This document shows positions 52,201 through 64,000 of a stretch of DNA of 64,000 bases, one piece after another. Below the pieces are notes generated by a model, which was not told the origin of the DNA, made no database searches, and saw only the letters and a list, made by a program, of their open reading frames with translations. Both the position numbers and the translations under genes were made by a program. Positions within the stretch are counted from its first letter, which is position 1, and each line of letters starts with the position of its first letter. Origin of the DNA: Ophelia neglecta (Eukaryota); NCBI GenBank assembly GCA_965285935.1, contig OZ260663.1, forward strand, positions 56,358,001 to 56,422,000, read 5' to 3'.

Positions 52201-55200
52201 AGACTTACTTGTCCGGAGAAGTTTTTTTATGAGTGGATCTGGGCAGAAACATGTTATGTTTGAAATGTTCTAGATATACATTTTCTATCCTAAGGATTAA
52301 GCTGTGTTTTACATGTACATTTATTTTCTTTGGTGCTTTTTTACAACAAAAAAGAAGACAAAAAGCAAAACAATTCTGGCTACATGTACTGCACAATCTT
52401 GCTAAAATTGTACATTTTTTGGCTGGAGTAGAAGTAGAATTGGTAAGAAAATGCCCATAGCTTGGTTTTTTACTTACTTCCAGTTCAAAATAAGCTGCAT
52501 TTTATAAATACATATATATTTCTTGGGTCCTTTTTACAACAAAAGCAAAACAATACAGGCAGCATGTACCACACAATCTTGCTAAAATTGTACAATTTTG
52601 TTTTTGTCTGGAGTAGAATTATAATTTGTAAGAAAATGCCTACAGCTTGGTGTTCACTTACTTTGAATTTAAATGGTCAAAGTCTTCTAAGTTGAGTTCT
52701 TTTGTATCATGGGACAAGTATATTGTGTCAATATCCTGGGAAGAAGAATTCGAACATGGATCAATCAAACTGACAGCATTTATTGTTGAAAATACCTATT
52801 CTTTTGGGTCGCAGCAATTATGGGACATAAACACTAATACAACATACATTTTCTTTCTTTACAGTGATGATGATTTAAATTGTTCCGTTGAATTTCTTGG
52901 TATTAGAAAAAATCAGACTAAAAAATATCATGTTTACTGTTCCTTGTAAATCACCCCCAAGATTATCAGTTATATAAATATTTTTAGCCAAAGTTGCTTG
53001 TCTTACCCATGCTACCTCCTCCATAAATGGAAGCCCATAGTAGTCACACATACACTGGTAGACAGCAGAGTATCCACCACACGGTCCTGCCTCCTTGCTC
53101 GACAGCTCCTTCAACTTGGGCATCATGCCTTTTATTCTTGTATTAGGACTTATGTCAAGGTTTGGAATTATACCTCTGCAATAAAGAAGTAAAGTAATGG
53201 TTATTCATATAATTTGTGCAAATTGTGGAAGTAAAAGTTAGGGAACAGGCAGGCCAATGAGTCATAAATATTATCACTTCTGCACCTTTTGTGGACAAAA
53301 GAGCATCTGGAAGTGATGGTTAATACGGAAACACTAACACCTGACTAGGAATCACTATATACATGTAGATGCTAGGGTATTAAATATTAAAAGTGCCTGA
53401 ACGTGGAATAATATTATGTAGGAAATATAGCAGAAATCATTAAGTTAGTAGAAAAAAGTTCATATGCAATATTTACAGAAAAGTATTAGTGAGGTTCTGT
53501 ATACATTTGCAGTAAACAAAGGCCACAAACATTGAAGGCACATCACCATACATGTATATATATATACATGTATGGCTGTCACCTGAACCCATTTTCACTT
53601 CTTCTTGTCATTTATTTTAATTATTCTTAGATGTGGCAATCAGTCATTGGAAGAATTTTCTGAGTAATGAACTTTGCTGGATTATTCCTTTCCCAGATCT
53701 TGTCAATGGTGCACCAACTTCATTTTGAATCAAGTAATATAGCAATGCTCACAATGGATGAGCTGATGACCGACTCTAGTCAACAATAATTTGTCATTTA
53801 TTAAAAATAAACAATTACTTCAATAATAGTAGCATTTTGCAATTATAATGTTTATTAAGATGAGTCCTTATTGATTGAACATAATATTGAATTATGCATG
53901 AAGAAAAAAAATGAATAAATTGGGTAAAGATGGCTGACAGTTAACACAGGGGGTAAATTACAATTATAATCGATTTGTAAAAAACGTTGGTTATTTATAT
54001 TTACAGCAAATCATAAATCTTGATTTTTCTACTTTCAACATTACACTGTTTCTAGACAAAACACACAACTCATGTGATGAAGGAACCCAGGCCAAGAATG
54101 GGAATTGGTTTCTAAAACCAATATATAAAAAAAAGACCTATGCACAACCACACTAAGTTCTGGTAGATCTTCCATGTCTATGGGAAACAAAACTCATGTT
54201 TGTCGACCATTTATAAAAAAAACCTTTCCTTTAGCACATTTGTAGGATGTCCTCATTGTACACTGTACAAATAAAAAGCAACCAGTCTGCTTCTCAGCTG
54301 GTTGTAACTGACTGTCTTTAAATATATATTTCACAAATATGATATATAGACAAACATGATTATATAATCATATTAAGATGTTAAAATTGTGTACTTTTCA
54401 TTTGACTATTACATAAGTGTCCAATAGCTTACTCACTAAATTACATGCAGCCACTCAAGCAATCATGAATGTACATGTAATCATAAATCATATACATAAT
54501 ATATAATCAGGTGACACAGACATTTTCTTTAAAGGCATGTTATGTATCAATACATACAAGCCCAACAAGGAAAAAGTTAGACCAGGAAGATTTAGATGAC
54601 TTTCAAAAACTTGCTTCAGCCCTGAACTGCTGAAAGTGTATGTACATATACTTAAAAATGTGCAAATAGTTGGTGGCATGAAGTTCTTTACTAAGCATAG
54701 CTAACTAGTTTATCAGCTAATAAAATGTTATGAGATATGAAAAGTTAGTGGACTTTGTGGACCAGGGTGTTAAACACACTTGTCATATACATACCTGCAT
54801 TTTAGGACAAATACAATTACATAGGATACTTACTTCCTCATTGGCTCCTCTTTACTGCTCAAGGTTTCACTTTTAATGAAGTACAAATTATTTCCATGAG
54901 TTCCATAAATCTACAGCAATATCTAATTACACTAACCCTATATGTATCTATGATACATACACATACCTTGTCAGGTTTTCCTCAAAGTTCACACATTTTT
55001 CCAATTTTACCAAACTAGTGCATGGAATTAAATTGTTTACTGGCAATATATATAGCAATACCAGTTTATCTATCTTTAATCATGGTCTAGTTATGGCAGT
55101 TTATAACTCTGGCACACAGCTATACAAATGGCTGTATATATATCTAGATAACACTCATCACATGAACTCACATTGATAATATGACATTGTAAATAAAAGG

Positions 55201-58200
55201 GTGAGATATGATAGTTAGACTGAATAAGCCCAGGGCCTTGTAAGTATTGTCAATTTGTACATGTAAAGTATCATAAAACTACCAACTTGTGCCAAGGCGT
55301 ATTCTTGTGCCATGTAGGAAAGCTTGATGGCTTAATCACATGACCATTTATTATATTCTATAAATACTAGTACCTCTGCTATTAGTGGGTGGATATTCAT
55401 ACTTAGTATACATGATTCTTACTCGTAGGGTTTTCCTGGAAAGACTGACACAAGGAGCTCTGCTACTCCACAAATGATGTTATCCACATCTTTTCTGCCT
55501 TCTTCTGCATCGTTGAGCACCAGTTTACGGCCTTCCAGACTGATAGTACACTGTAATACACATGTTTTGTTTATCAACCAATTATCAAATAACAACATTA
55601 TAATTAATAGCAGGTAAGAGGTACATCTGGGATATACCGGTAAGCCAAATATCAAAGGACACTATATACTGATATCAGTTAAAATGTTTGTGTGGGTTTA
55701 GATTAGTGAATTTTGTGAAAAAGCACTTGGTGGCAAAACTAAAACACCCTTATATTGTACTTGCATGTACCCATTGAGCCTATATATCTTTTGTCGCATA
55801 ATTAAAAAAACCTACCAAGTGTCATTTTGTGTAATAACACAAAATTCAAACCTGTGCAGACATTACAGTACTTGGTATGCCTTTACACATGTATAAAATT
55901 AGGCATGACATTTTATAATTTCATATATACTTTCTTTAAACCTTCCTTAATTTTACTTGTCAGGGATTAGCTAACCAGTAAAGTTTGGCATGTATAAATC
56001 AGTTTTGTCCCAAAAAAAACCCCAGTAAATTGTAAGTACAGGTAAGACCAGATTAATCTTTTTTCCAAGCATATGTACACAGGTATTAAAAGAGTTTTCC
56101 ACAACACAATTACTGTAAAACTTAGTCAGCAATCTCTTTAGGTGAATATGTGCTGAAAATCTTATTGGAACTAGGCATAAACTTAGTGGGTAAAAGAATT
56201 AAGACTTGATTATGAAACTAATTAATATTAAGGAATTAAAGCAGAATTCAAAATAATATAAACATTAACATTTACCATGTTGTAAGCTGGCAAAACAGTA
56301 AAATTTAATTAAGCCTAGCTCCCATTAGGTCTCAATACTTCTCCCATTGTTCAGAACATTTTCGAGTTTACTGTGAAGAAAACACACCTACCTAGATATG
56401 TATAAATATGTATATGGATGTCACCTTAGTCGATCTGCACAAGGTCTACAGACAATTAGTCTAATTAGGAGTTAATATGCATGACTGCATTATTATCAGT
56501 GATAACACAGTACTCTACAGCCCCTTCATGCAAAGTGCATGGGGATCCCAAGGTTATTGTTGCACACCAGGCATAGTATTGGAAATCACTGGTAAGAAGA
56601 AAATCATTGAGTCCCATAGAAGAAATTTCTTTTTTCAATTTTCTTAACTTGCCCTTAAGGATCTTTTAGTTTTAAAAACTGGTCATTTTTTACCAGAAAA
56701 ATTGACCCACTGTGGGTCATTTCATTAAGAAAATTTACATAACTAACTTTCGTGGGATGTTGGCAAACATTTCATCTGTATTTCGTGTTTTTTTTATGTC
56801 AATTGAACTGCCCGTCACAAGGCTAACTACATGTAGGCAACAATGATGTTTGGGTTTTACCCATGACTACTAGTAACTCATAAGGTCTATAGGCAATTAC
56901 TGCTGTTGGCAAGCTATCCACTTCTCATTGGTGCCAAAAATGGTAAAAATTTGTGACTCACTGACAGCTAGTTAGACCATCACAAATATTAAGTATGCCA
57001 ATTGGTCCATTTGTCTCCCGTCACTATGGAAGTTGATACCATAGAGTATAAAGCACTAAACAAGAAATAAAGTCATGTACATGTCCTGTGTCTCAAGATT
57101 TACATCGAGAACAAACAGGTGAACTGACAAATGGACAGACAGAAAACCAAAAGCCTAGTTGCACGACTACACATGCTGATGTACATTCCTGTATTTTCAT
57201 AAGTGAAATTAGTGACTTAAAAATATACAGGTGGACAAGAGATGGATGAATCGACAGACAGAAGGACAGCAGCATTTCTATGTCTCCCTTCAGTTAATAA
57301 TTAATTAAGCTGGATGCCTAAACAATTTATCATTTGCCAATAATTTAATGCATACGCATTATGTATACCTGGTAACCACATTTTTTGTAACTTAAAAGTG
57401 TTTATTCTGCTGGTCAAATAATTTATAAATAAATTTTATATGGATTTATTAGTAGGGTACAAAGTTACACCACTGAATAAACAAATGGGAAATTCATACC
57501 TTATTGGAAGACCTGCTTTCAATCCCGAGTATGTCAAGGAAATGGATTGAGGTATCAATCTGCATGAGAGATCAAATGAATTGCATGAGTGAGTGTGATA
57601 CTGGTTTACCTTGAATAGCTACGGAGCTAAATTCAAATAGAAATAGCCAGTAAATGATAGTCATGACAACTCACTAAAAACACGATATATAAATAAGGTA
57701 AAAAAGCTGATATCTAACCTTACATCCTGGTACTCTAGTGGTTAATAGCAACAGACGATAATCTGTCAGCACCTTAAAATAACACAGAAATAAACTTAAT
57801 GGAACAGATCATATCATGTACAAACAGATGGTACATATGTACCAGTTATTATCAGGCTAATTGGCAACTGCCTCTAATTATCCCAAGAGATAACCAGAAT
57901 TGGCAATAATCATATTTAGTTGAAAATTGACTTGAAATTTTGAACATGTAGTCATGCAGAGAAAACCAGACTTGGTGGTTATTCTGACATAGGTTGCCTT
58001 TTATTTAAATTTGATTTGTTGATACAAAAGTGAATGTCATAGCTGAATTAATGAAAAACTACTTCCAAGCAGAGTTTTTGCTGGGAGTGGGCAATTGGCC
58101 ATTTGCCGAATGAAATCCATAATGTCCATTAATTTATTAAGAGCTCGGACATTTGTCCAGACATTTTTGCAACTGAGCTGTACGCAATTTAAAAATCACT

Positions 58201-60842
58201 CCCTCCCCCCTCCACTCCATCCTGCACACTGTTTTCTCACTGATCTCTGTTTTCCAGTTGAGAATATGGATATTATACTTACTGCGACCCTGCTTTCTAA
58301 TTTGTCAGGTTTGACTTCTTGTTGCATCAATGAGATGTAGTTTACTTTCATATGTCTCCCAATGCATTCAAACACTGCCTCTGTAAAGCAAGGAAAAAAA
58401 GTTTCACATTGGGCATATATATATTCCGAAACATGTCAACCATGCAGCTTTTGAATACACCTTTTTTTTGACCTTTCAATCCAATATCAAATTGTAATTT
58501 AACATTATCCAAGCACTGAACATGTTTGAAGTCATGGAAATGGTCTTTCTAGGTAAAAAAGAAAAGGGCTGGAAGGTGGAAGGCTGTGCCTCCCCCCCTT
58601 CCCCCCCCCCCCCCCAAAGCAGTTTTCTTCACTGCGTATTCTCCATGAAGGCCTATTTTTTTAATGGTGCACATTAAAATGCATCATACCATCACCATTT
58701 TGTTTTTGCAAATGGAACACAAATGAGAACTAACACATTCAACATAGATTGAATATGTTGTCAAGCCTTGCATTCATTGTTTAAAAAATGGTGGGCCTAG
58801 GGCATACACAGAGATAGCGAAAACCCTTCGGACACCGGACATTGGCAGGTTAAAATTGCTACGGACTGGCCAGACCTTCTGGTACGCCGGACCAAATGAC
58901 CGGGGCATGTTTTGTCCTATGCATGTAGTATAACTTCTTCGCTCAGCACGGTTTTTGTTTACAAGACCCTGGTTGCCTCATCACTGTCGTGGGTTAGGCA
59001 TTGCGTCAATTCATTCACCCCCCTATAGGAAAAAATGGGCCGGTCTGTTAGGCGCTATGTGATTGGCAGTTAGTTTCACCTAGTTTCCCTACTGGCAAAT
59101 CACAGCCACGCTTTCTCCAAGCTTTGGATGGTTATAACCTTATAACTACTAATACACTCAAGCTAACCATGTTGCGGTTCCTCGTCAACAAAAGCCATTT
59201 TGGGGCATTTGTTTCTTCATTTAATAACATTTTTTTTCGGACCAGTCAAAACACTTTTGGACCAGTCTGAATCCTGGATAGACCGGTCCGAATGTCCAGT
59301 TGCCCAAAAAAGGTTTCGCTATCTCTGCATACATGAAGTTACGAACAGACCCCAACTACTTGGGATCCTATTTACTTATACATGTTATATTTACTTATAC
59401 ATGTATGAGGAGTAATACTTGGATGGTTGATATATACTATGTTGATTATAGATCTAAATTTATGTATCACATTGAAATCTTGTCTTTATAGCTGACCTAA
59501 GTCTTAATGTTATTTTTAATGGAGAAAATCAGAACGAGCCCATTGATCCAATAAGCATAGAGGTTAAAAGATGCTCCAGCTGCCCTCTTTTTTTTCTTCT
59601 TTTTTCTTATACATGTACAACAAGATGGTACAACTTTTGTCACACGGTCATTTGAACTATATTTTGGTATCGTTTTGAACCGACTAGTTAGACATTTTTT
59701 TCAGATACATTTTATACGCAAAAGGGTTGAAATTAGAATCTAAGGCATAGACAGTTGAGTATAGATTTACAAAATTTGTCGTATATAGAATATTTTGTTC
59801 AAGTTTATGCATTTTGGGAATGGTTTATCTTTCTATTTTTCTTATGTAACATATATAGAGATATATGAAAGTAAAAAATTGCCTGTAAAATTGGACATCT
59901 TCACATGGCCCATTTAAATCAGATTCCTTAACAAAAAGGTCAGGCGAGTGTATCTGAACAGTATTGGGTCATTTCTGGTTTTGCCAGCTGCACAATTATA
60001 ACTTAGAAAGTAGGTTTTTAAATCAAAGGTAAAAAAGCTGATAATATATTGGTGTATGATTCAGAACAGACAAATATTATACATATGGGCTTTAATTATG
60101 GTTTGACATACAAACTACATTGAAAACTATTGAAAATGCTAGCAGATACCCCTGCATCAATACAGAAAAGAAGGCATTTTTTTATGCCAAATTTTGAGTT
60201 TTAGACACAGCTTTAGCAATGTGTCTGTTATGTTCATGTTAATCTCTTATATTTCCATAATTTTTATCCATATTGAATTGCTTCAACCGACTGTGTTATG
60301 CCAATATCATGTCTCAAATATTGTAAACTTAATTTTTCTTTTCCATTCCCGTTTACGACATATATTACTGCAAGTGATGTCATGTATTATACTTATATAC
60401 TAGTATTATGCCAGGAAAATAAATCATTATTATTATTATTATTAAAAACATGCTTAAAGAAAATTCTCTGTACTATATATGGTGGAGTTTTCAGCATTAT
60501 TTGTCCTCTACCATCCTGTTACAATAACTACCAATGGGTTGTAAACAAACACAACAGCGACCAGGATCTGGCAGGATTTAACAGTTATCAAAGGCATAAC
60601 ATAATTCCTAAGACCAAACTTATGCTTTTGTTTATGGTGATGTACATATAAAATTTAACCTCCTGGCCGATTTTTAATCGATACTTGCATTAGCTTTCAA
60701 ATGGGATGAAATGTTAACTGATAGAGCTCTACTACTCTCCTTACTTCCGCATGTCTTCCGCGTAGGACAGCAGGACAATCTGAACAACTGTGTCTCGTCA
60801 CTCACCTTGCAACATCAAAGGTACATTTGTCGGCACAGCCAT
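25204..60842 (-). CDS. CARMIL: CARMIL (capping protein, Arp2/3 and myosin-I linker; F-actin-uncapping protein LRRC16A-like), ~1597 aa
   Basis: 35 phase-consistent GT-AG exons: 60806-60842, 58283-58380, 57719-57772, 57500-57559, 55423-55550, 53007-53175, 52662-52735, 50555-50630, 49608-49696, 49296-49390, 47228-47418, 46816-46893, 46071-46261, 45450-45601, 44331-44430, 44171-44225, 43813-43916, 43109-43246, 41988-42180, 41426-41557, 40811-40990, 40607-40719, 35575-35662, 34833-34970, 34631-34700, 33814-34146, 33342-33455, 31994-32309, 31774-31821, 29717-29904, 28832-28968, 28402-28567, 27961-28185, 26144-26437, 25204-25373. Hallmarks: PH-like N-terminus, [40 protein letters not shown] array, YRLQQG helical dimerisation domain, [24 protein letters not shown], basic-hydrophobic [24 protein letters not shown], Pro-rich tail. 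Low-complexity 3' exons are less certain. Confidence 0.93.
30795..30905. repeat. Degenerate (TACT/TACTT)n low-complexity repeat
   Basis: Repeated tactactt/tactt units in a CARMIL intron. Confidence 0.6.
36899..37210 (-). mobile_element. tRNA-derived SINE, resembling Nin-domain SINEs
   Basis: Minus strand: Pol III A-box TGGCCAAGTTG and B-box GGTTCAAATCT in a tRNA-like head, core GGACTGATCAACCCGGTGTCAGTATAATATGACTGGGTGGGG..CAGTGAGGCAGCACTATAAAG, tail AAACCCCAAACAACCAACC. Family assignment is from memory. Confidence 0.8.
46525..46653. repeat. Minisatellite, ~32-bp unit x4
   Basis: Consensus AGTAAAT(G/T)TGGTATGGGCTGGTAGTTTAATGC repeated in tandem in CARMIL intron 12. Confidence 0.9.
52283..52661. 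repeat. Diverged ~190-bp tandem duplication abutting the CARMIL exon 7 donor
   Basis: Copies ~52283-52477 and ~52478-52661 share ttttacaacaaaa..gcaaaacaat..cacaatcttgctaaaattgtaca..ctggagtagaa..gtaagaaaatgcc..agcttgg..acttac. Confidence 0.85.
58809..59327. mobile_element. Non-autonomous DNA transposon (hAT-like), 519 bp, 6-bp TSD
   Basis: 14-bp perfect TIR CAGAGATAGCGAAA..TTTCGCTATCTCTG with imperfect extension, subterminal CGGAC/GGACC repeats, flanked by CATACA at 58803-58808 and 59328-59333. Confidence 0.85.
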
Positions 60843-61399
60843 CTCAATTATTCGGTGATAGCAAGTAAATCAGAAGTAATCCGAATCCGCAGTTTTGGAA
60901 AATTTTCTAGATAGATTGGGTTACATTATTGTCGGAAGGGTCAATCAACAGACAATATCGTCTGACAGCTGAGCTCTACGGGGAGTGTCGAAATTTGGCT
61001 GCGGACCTATAAATATATTGTTACTAGAAAAGTGAAAATCTGTCTTCGAAAATGTCCATTAAATTAAAATGAATTTCCTAGCTTAATTTAAAATAATAAT
61101 GATTTTACAGATTGTCATTGAAAGCATATTACTATCCTTTCCTTAAGCACCGATCAGTCAGCAGATGCTAGTACCGATAATTGCTTATACATGTTCAGGG
61201 CTGAAGCTGGCAAAGGCAGAAGACGTAGGGGAGACTGGGGTTAGTTGATACCTTCAGGGTTAACTGAATTTGATACAGGGTATCCCCCTGACCAAAATAA
61301 AAGGAGATAATAGGCCTCCCCGTTTATGCCATTAGCTCTTGTTATATACTTTGAAGACGCATAACATGCCAAAGAAAATTTAAAATAGAGATAGGAAGG

Positions 61400-61505
61400 A
61401 AGTGAGTGTGTGTGTGTGTGTGTGGGGGGGGTAGGGAGACAGGGAGAGCGAGAGAGCGTGTGTGATTGAGAGAGGGAGGGAGGAGGGGGTGGGTGGGTGG
61501 GGGGT
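61400..61505. repeat. (GT)n microsatellite and G/purine-rich tract upstream of CARMIL
   Basis: (TG)~9 followed by G runs and GA-rich sequence. Confidence 0.75.
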
Positions 61506-62543
61506 TGTAATTATGGGCGTAGGGCGACACAATCACACACAGATTACAGCAGGTTGGAGTCAAATAAAAGTTCAGGCCGGCCCGTTTTCTCCGTGTAGTT
61601 TTAAATGGAAAAGCCATATTACATTTATATCAATTATATCAATATAGATTTCAAGTATCCTACGCTCCTATTTATTTAATAAATCGTAATCATAAATTTA
61701 TAGAGTTTATTTAAGCACTGTCTGTCCTTTTTTTTGGACTTGTTTGTTAACTGTTAAAGTTCATGAAAATAAACGTATTGTTCGAATGTGACCTTCTGTG
61801 ATAATTTCCTGAAAAATTAAATTTCAACCCAGCTTCTCGCATAATACATATTAAACTGTTATATTGGTGTTATTTAAAGATCTTAGTTAGCCTTCTGGGT
61901 ACATAAGTCTTTGGCCAAAAGGTGAAATGGATGTTCATTCAATACTTTAATGGTTCGCTATCTGCATTTAAAACACTATAGTGTGTGTCAACAAACCCCG
62001 AGCACTGAGCCCAGATCGGGGTAAGTTGACACAATTCAGAAAATGTTTATTTTTAGCAAACACCTTGGACTAACAGATTTCTTTATTGGCCAGTCTAAAC
62101 AGTTATGTTTAGCGCTATTCGATGAACTGCCAAATGCTTCCCTGTTGCCGTTTTTGGTTGTTTACCCAGATCATAAATATACCCGTTGCATCAACCAACC
62201 CCATCCTCCCTTGCAACGCAAGTCATAGTTACACAAGTAGTGGCGTGGGAGTATAAGTGAGCAGTGGGGCTCGCAGCATAATCCTTTAGACTCCTGAGGG
62301 AGCACTATTTTAAAACAGTTTCATATTGACATTCATATAAATTCCGTATATTTTTAACCTTTCAAGCCATTTGCTCTATGCGCAGTAGGTATATTACTCA
62401 TTTGGCTTAGGCCACTACACCTCCGAGAGCAGCCTCAATATCGGAACTCCTGCACGGGAAGACAACATCAATGATACGAAGGTAGTAGTATGTGAGTGAG
62501 TAGTTGGCTCGCTTTTATCGAAGCGTTCCTTCATCTTACAAGA

Positions 62544-62734
62544 TGGGGATGGGGAAAGGGGAGAGGTGGGGTTGAGGGGGGGGGGAGAAGGGGGGGGGGG
62601 GGGCGTTAGAAGGGTGAAAGCATGGAGGGGTGGGGTGGGGCGGAGGGGGTAAACAATTTTTAATGGGGCCATCCTATTATTCCTAAAGTCCGTTTTTCCG
62701 TAGATCCGTGGGGTGGGGTGGGGTGGGGTGGGGT
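62544..62734. repeat. G-rich tract including (GGGGT)x5
   Basis: Long G homopolymers at ~62576-62604 and GGGGT tandem units at ~62709-62734. Confidence 0.75.
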
Positions 62735-64000
62735 AATTGGCCAGATTAATTTTTCTGAATTATACGAACTCGCACTCAATTATCTAATTCAGTCTTAAAA
62801 AGCAAACAAATAAGCTTTTCACTTTAATTAGGTCAAATTTATTTTTCCAAAATATATACAGACTCTGACTCAAATTAATTTGAATCAGACTTAAAGCAAA
62901 TAGGCTTTAAACTTTAATGAAATTTTCTAAACTAGAAGTATTCACTTCAACTTGTTGTTGACTTTTTAAAATTGCTCGGCTATTACTGAAGCGACCATAG
63001 CTTGTGAAAGGCACAACGAGTAGCTAAAGTTAATATACTGACACGGAACAAATTTCCCACAATACCATAGAAATAGGATACGACTAGGATACGAGTAATT
63101 TAGTAGAAAGCAAAGGATCTTCCGGTCAGCCTAGGACCTAGGTTTTCCTACCATGTTGAGCTGCTTAACTAGGAACGACTGACCTTCTACTACGAAAGAC
63201 ATAGGCATAAACGGCAGTTTTCACTTTTATTGTATTTGCGCTATTGAAAGAGACAGCCGTTGGTTTTCCTAAATTCAAGCACCTAGATCTATGCCATGAC
63301 AAACAATCCGATTAATGCAAAAAGGCATACCCTTATAACTGGGTCAAAGAGGAACCAATAAAGCTTTTAGCCCGACAGGCTACGCTTTTATCATTACAAA
63401 AGTCAAACTCTCGAGTCAATAACTTATTGGTCGAGGATTTCGATTCAGAGAGGAAAGATAGGGTAACAATCAGCCAAGTTGAATAGAAATTGATCTTCAA
63501 CGTTCAAATATCAGCGTGTCCTAAGTTTGTCACCAAATAAACTCCCAGACGCGGATTTTTGATAAAATCATTTGAATTTGTTGCACACGGGGAAGTCACG
63601 ATGATGCGGGATGTACACGGAAATATGTAGCAGCAGATGGTTTTGTTGAATTATTAGATCGATTACCATATAAAGGCAGTATTATAAGTTGCGACGCAGC
63701 CTTAATTGTTTAAAAGAAAGGAAACAATGGCAAGTACAAAACATTTAACATTTTAAAGCTGGCGTTTTTTTAATGATTTCCAGCGGTTTATTTATGGAAG
63801 ATTGGCCATGGAAGTGTGCCTAAAAATCATCTCGGCTTCAAAAGCGACTAGGACGTCATCTAGTTTAGGCCTACCCAAAAAATAATTATGGTCGAAATAC
63901 GAGAGAGTGTTAGTGACATTTTTTAGATTTATAAACTGCCATTAACAGTCCAGATTGTTGTCATTATCCGCTTACGATTTCCCCTAAAGACAAAAATAGC

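Overview
AT-rich, intron-rich animal (invertebrate, probably lophotrochozoan or invertebrate deuterostome) genomic DNA, not prokaryotic; most entries in the ORF track are exon fragments or noise. By manually splicing at GT-AG junctions with consistent reading phase I reconstruct four genes: (1) the 3' part of eIF2D/ligatin (+, 8 exons, stop at 3110); (2) a 6-exon, 225-aa single-sushi-domain transmembrane protein lacking a signal peptide, SUSD3-like (+, 5574-10181), largely invisible in the ORF track; (3) a complete 12-exon, ~856-aa Ca2+-activated NADPH oxidase NOX5 (+, 12870-21512); (4) a complete 35-exon, ~1597-aa CARMIL/LRRC16 capping-protein regulator (-, 60842 to 25204), tail-to-tail with NOX5. 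Introns carry two TA-flanked Tc1/mariner/pogo-type MITEs, a 519-bp CAG..CTG element with a 6-bp target-site duplication, a tRNA-derived SINE and a decayed CR1/L2-type LINE fragment; there is a 136-nt assembly gap. Most notable: a mucin-like glycosylatable insertion in the NOX5 extracellular loop, the Tyr-rich sushi receptor beside NOX5, candidate in-frame internal first exons and alternative last exons in CARMIL, and a mosaic CpG pattern. Homolog comparisons are from memory of the human proteins; no searches were run.
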